52,667 nt of DNA, taken from NCBI GenBank assembly GCA_964388035.1, contig CAYLZE010000025.1, positions 1-52,667 on the forward strand, given 5' to 3'. The notes below the pieces were generated by a model that was given only the letters and a program-made list of their open reading frames with translations, was not told the DNA's origin and did not search any database. The position numbers and the translations under genes are program-made. The stretch comes from an uncultured archaeon (lineage in GTDB: Archaea > Asgardarchaeota > Lokiarchaeia > Sigyniarchaeales > SOKP01). Shown here piece by piece: positions 49,033 through 52,667 of the stretch. The first letter of the stretch is position 1; each line of letters opens with the position of its first letter.

Positions 49033-51057
49033 TCAAGAAGTTTGAAATAAATTAGAATTAGGATCCAAAAATTTATTCTGACAAGAGGGGCAAGAATTAT
49101 ACTTTGAAAGCCAAAAAGCTACGCACAAATAATGAAAAATTGCTCCGCAAAATGGGCATTTAATAATCTTGTCCCGCGCAAAATTAATTTGCTCTCTACA
49201 CACGCCACACATCACATCTGTTTTTAATATACCCTCTTCCAATCGGACTCGTTGAGTTAAAATGCCTTCCATTTTTGTTAGCTCCTGCTGATATAATTCA
49301 GATTTTTCATTATATTCATTGATTTTTGCTTTCACTTCCACTAGCCGTTCTCTTAACTCATCTGTCGTGAAATGGTTCATGACCTCACTCATGACGTAAT
49401 TTAAAGGCAAAATATCCTGCCCATCTTCCTTCTTTTGAATTTCCTCTAGCCCCAAAAAAACCTTGGATTCATCTTCAATTAAATCATTAAAATTCTTAAT
49501 TAGCTTATTAAGAAAAATAGAGCGTAAGAAATTAATTTGATTCCGCTTCAATGAGAAATTATCTTCCCATAGTTTAATGATGGAATGTACATTTATTTTT
49601 TTCAATTGATATTGAGTGAGCTTGTCATAAACATCAGACTTTATTTTTTTTATCTCTTCTTTATAATTCTTCAAAAGCTCCCGGATTTTCTGTAGTTCAG
49701 GAAATTCTTTATTAATGATCGAAGAAATATTATCTTGATATTCCTCCGTTAATATATTTATCTCTTCAATTTCATTTTCAATGGCGGCCTTTATCTGAGC
49801 TCTTAATTTCTCGTTTATTATCGTTCTTACATAGCTAAGATATTGTTCCTTGCTTCTCCTAAGCTCTTGTTCTAGATTAGTAAAACTTTTTTTATACCCA
49901 TTCAGAACATCTTCATGGGGGCTCATTAAGGGTTCAAATTCGAGGATTATCTCGTTAAGATGTTCCAAAACGTTAGATAATACATCAACCTCATTAGAAT
50001 ACGACTCATGCAATTTATCTAATTCAGTAGAATCATTTTCCTTATCAAACATTCTCTGATACTTTTTCTCTAAATTCTCCAGATAAGAATCCAAAGTATT
50101 AGGAAGGAATTCTATAATAGATTTTTCTGAGGAAAATTCTTTCTCCAATATCTCAAGGAACTCGTCGAGATTTTGTTTCTTCACTTCATTACGAAATATG
50201 GTTCTTATTTTTAATTCTAAAAAACCTTTTAATTCTAAGGTAACTTTTTCTCTCTCTTTTAGAAGCGTAGCATCAGATTCTTGATATGGGGGAGTATATT
50301 CTATAAAATGGTGATTATAAAGAAGATATAATAAATCTGATAGAAAACTAGGTTCCAATTTTGTTTTTTCAGAAATACTCGCAAGGAGCTCGTTAAAATT
50401 AACTTCGAGATGTTGATCTTTCTTTTTGCTCCTTTTCAGTTTTCCTTCTTTTTCATTTTCCCGTAAAAAAATTTCTTGAAAATCCCTATAAAAAGTCCAT
50501 TTTGATAAAATACCAAAATCCTTGTTCAATTTGAAGGATAGATTCTTGATTTTATTCACATTAATCCATAAAGAAGAATAAGCTTCATCAAGGAAATTCT
50601 CTTCATGGATCGATTGTTCCAAGTTATTGATCAGAAGTTCAATTTTTTTAATAAAATCATCCACTTTTCCCGTTTGTACTTCAATGAGATTGTTTGATTT
50701 TATAAATCTCAAGACATTGCGAAGATTTAGCTTAAAATTGATTAAATTCTCATGAATGTGATTGATATCTTCTAGCATTTTAGAAGTAAGACTTATATAG
50801 CGATTTTCTTGAATGGGTATAGAATTCACGGATTTAATCAAAAAATCATTAGAAAACTCTGTTAAATCCATCAAATATTCAGCTATATACTCAAGTTGAT
50901 TAAAGGGAAATAAATTAGCAAGATATTCCTCAACGTTAGCATCATCTTTACTTTCTTTTTTAAAATCTGCGAGGATCCTCTTGATTGATAATATCTCTTC
51001 CTTGGAGAACCCGTGAATTTCAACAAGTTTATCAGATAGTATATTTGAAAAGTTCAA
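49033..51057 (-). CDS. Long helical/coiled-coil protein with C-terminal C4HC3 RING-variant finger (putative E3 ligase)
   Basis: CGVC-x13-CPFC-x4-H-x2-C-VAFW-x6-CPSC at 49209..49081. Confidence 0.8.
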   Translation of the reverse strand: MNFSNILSDKLVEIHGFSKEEILSIKRILADFKKESKDDANVEEYLANLFPFNQLEYIAEYLMDLTEFSNDFLIKSVNSIPIQENRYISLTSKMLEDINHIHENLINFKLNLRNVLRFIKSNNLIEVQTGKVDDFIKKIELLINNLEQSIHEENFLDEAYSSLWINVNKIKNLSFKLNKDFGILSKWTFYRDFQEIFLRENEKEGKLKRSKKKDQHLEVNFNELLASISEKTKLEPSFLSDLLYLLYNHHFIEYTPPYQESDATLLKEREKVTLELKGFLELKIRTIFRNEVKKQNLDEFLEILEKEFSSEKSIIEFLPNTLDSYLENLEKKYQRMFDKENDSTELDKLHESYSNEVDVLSNVLEHLNEIILEFEPLMSPHEDVLNGYKKSFTNLEQELRRSKEQYLSYVRTIINEKLRAQIKAAIENEIEEINILTEEYQDNISSIINKEFPELQKIRELLKNYKEEIKKIKSDVYDKLTQYQLKKINVHSIIKLWEDNFSLKRNQINFLRSIFLNKLIKNFNDLIEDESKVFLGLEEIQKKEDGQDILPLNYVMSEVMNHFTTDELRERLVEVKAKINEYNEKSELYQQELTKMEGILTQRVRLEEGILKTDVMCGVCREQINFARDKIIKCPFCGAIFHYLCVAFWLSKYNSCPSCQNKFLDPNSNLFQTS

Positions 51058-51170
51058 TATAAGAACACGTGATTTAAAAATTCAATTACTATAAATTTTT
51101 AATGTATTTTATTGAAGTAAAGGTAAAAAATTCTAAAATTAGAAAAAAGAATATCATTATAACAGTACTC

Positions 51171-51782
51171 TTATTCTCCAAGTTCTGAGATTTCAATGGA
51201 TCTTTCTGTGGCCCCTTGCTTCGTGATGATTAATAGATCGATCCCATTACCACTCATCGCATCTCTCTTAATGCTATTCCTAATGGCTTTTTCAACCAAT
51301 TTCTCCCCTTCTGCCACGTTGATTTCTGGAGAATATTCTGCTTCGAGAATCCCTGCCGACAACAGCATCCCCGTTCCCGTCATTCCATAATCATCGGGAA
51401 TTAAGGAACCAATCGCATCGAGCGTGTATAATTTTGGACCATCTTTATCCACTCCTGCGATAATAAGATTCGTATATAAAGGCGCCATCTTTCGAGAATA
51501 TAGGTAATTTGCTACCATCTTTCCTATACTTTCCGTTGATATGGGCTCTCCTGCATCTAATTCATATAAATTAGCTTGCGCACGCAGAATCTTAACTAGG
51601 ATCTGAAAATCTCCAATTAATCCATAAGCAGCAAGTCCGATCGTCTCTGTAATCTTAAAAACTTTTCTAGTTGTTTTATTGGTAACTGTATATCCCCACG
51701 TAGCTCTCTTATCACTGCCCAAGACCACGCCATCTTTACATTTAACTGCTACAGACGCCGCTCCAGGCACACTTATCTCCAT
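51171..51782 (-). CDS. psmB: Proteasome beta subunit, lacking catalytic Thr1
   Basis: KDGVVLGSDKRAT, KVFKI, GLIGDFQ, LIIAGVD...LYTLDAIGS, RDAMSG; GAASV where active subunits have GTTTV. Confidence 0.93.
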   Translation of the reverse strand: MEISVPGAASVAVKCKDGVVLGSDKRATWGYTVTNKTTRKVFKITETIGLAAYGLIGDFQILVKILRAQANLYELDAGEPISTESIGKMVANYLYSRKMAPLYTNLIIAGVDKDGPKLYTLDAIGSLIPDDYGMTGTGMLLSAGILEAEYSPEINVAEGEKLVEKAIRNSIKRDAMSGNGIDLLIITKQGATERSIEISELGE

Positions 51783-52360
51783 TTTTTCAACCTCGAAATT
51801 GAATCAATATTGAAATATTCTTTCTTTTTATTAGAATAAAAGATCAAACCTTAATTAAAATTTTTCTTTTAAAATATTAATACTCACGCATAAAACTCAA
51901 AAAGCTAAGGTTTCTGATAGTGATTAAACCTAACCTTTGAATTTTCAAATAAGGGATCGGTTACAACGTCACTCATAAAAGTTACTTGTACTCTCACAAT
52001 TGATGGTGCCTTTAAGGGAATGATCATGACAGTCATCCCAAGTTTTCACTAACCGATTAATAATTTTGATTTAATATTTTTTAATTTTTCTTTCTATCAT
52101 GAAAAAAAGATTTTAACTAAATAACTCCTCAATTTTTTGATCAGCATTATTGTTCTCATGAAAAATTTATTTCATATCATACTTACTTATTGCCCCATCG
52201 AATATATTGGTTTGCTACTTTTAATTTATGATGCTTATTTTGTCGTACTTTTTTTTTTGATCAACCTTCTCATATTCTGTCCAATTGCCGAAACATTTAA
52301 ATATTTCTTCAGATATAATTATAACTAAGAACATCAGAAAAAAAATTAAAAAAAAATAAA

Positions 52361-52400
52361 AACTATAAATTTTAAAATTTATAATTAAAATTAGTGGAGG
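52361..52400 (+). promoter_or_regulatory. Putative TATA box (TATAAAT 52364-52370) and Shine-Dalgarno GGAGG (52396-52400) of the histone gene
   Basis: Motifs at plausible spacing upstream of ATG 52409, preceded by an A-rich BRE-like tract; the AT-rich background weakens the TATA call. Confidence 0.45.
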
Positions 52401-52408
52401 AAAATGTT

Positions 52409-52630
52409 ATGGCAAAAAAGAAATATTCTTTTGCGTGGAGTCCAATTAGGAGATTAATGAAACAGCAAGGTGCAAGTATCGTTGCCAGAGACGCAGTTGA
52501 TTTATTAATTGATCATTTAGAAAAGACCGCAATAGGACTTACCGAGCAGGCTCGAGCTTTCACGCAGCACGCTCAACGCAAGAAGATTACCAAGAATGAT
52601 TTATTATTAGCCATTAAGTACAAGACATAA
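52409..52630 (+). CDS. Archaeal histone (HMf-like histone fold)
   Basis: F..SPIRRLMK..GA..V..DAV..L...LE...HAQRKKI...D. Start at ATG 52409, downstream of GGAGG. Confidence 0.93.
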   Translation: MAKKKYSFAWSPIRRLMKQQGASIVARDAVDLLIDHLEKTAIGLTEQARAFTQHAQRKKITKNDLLLAIKYKT

Positions 52631-52667
52631 AGATTGCAATCAAATCTTTAACTTTTTTTTCTTTTTT
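52628..52667 (+). terminator. Hairpin plus oligo-T terminator after histone gene
   Basis: TAAAGATT/AATCTTTA inverted repeat (52628-52650) followed by a T-tract at 52653-52667. Confidence 0.55.

Noticed and set aside
52137-52328. 63-aa hydrophobic ORF upstream of the histone gene
   Set aside because: TTG start and hydrophobicity explained by T-rich intergenic composition.

Overview
AT-rich (roughly 30% GC by eye), gene-dense chromosomal segment of an Asgard archaeon, most likely Lokiarchaeia. The assignment rests on archaeal markers (TFB, archaeal-type ProRS, a proteasome beta subunit, a histone) together with eukaryotic-signature proteins (two-domain gelsolin, longin-like domain, RING-finger protein, TMCO1/EMC3-family protein). 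About 50 CDSs cover signalling (PAS-GAF histidine kinase and receiver, two dual-specificity phosphatases, a 7TM protein next to a longin), metabolism (GH1, LarA with an FAD-linked 2-hydroxyacid dehydrogenase, a three-gene FAD/Fe-S glycerol-3-phosphate-dehydrogenase-like cassette, proBA, acyl-CoA ligase, two FabK/NMO paralogues) and transport (heterodimeric ABC exporter, SLC13/ArsB, LysE). No rRNA, tRNA, CRISPR array or IS element was recognised. The standout is 26020..28347: a compact EF-G/EF-2-like translational GTPase in which domains G and II-V are all traceable, fused to a YqgF/Tex-type RNase H-fold nuclease with its acidic residues intact. It is a candidate undescribed ribosome-associated GTPase-nuclease. 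Other points: a Zn-ribbon module shared by the gelsolin and a small protein, a Thr1-less proteasome beta gene upstream of a coiled-coil RING protein, and a probable decayed GNAT gene. All calls come from motif reading only; no searches were run.
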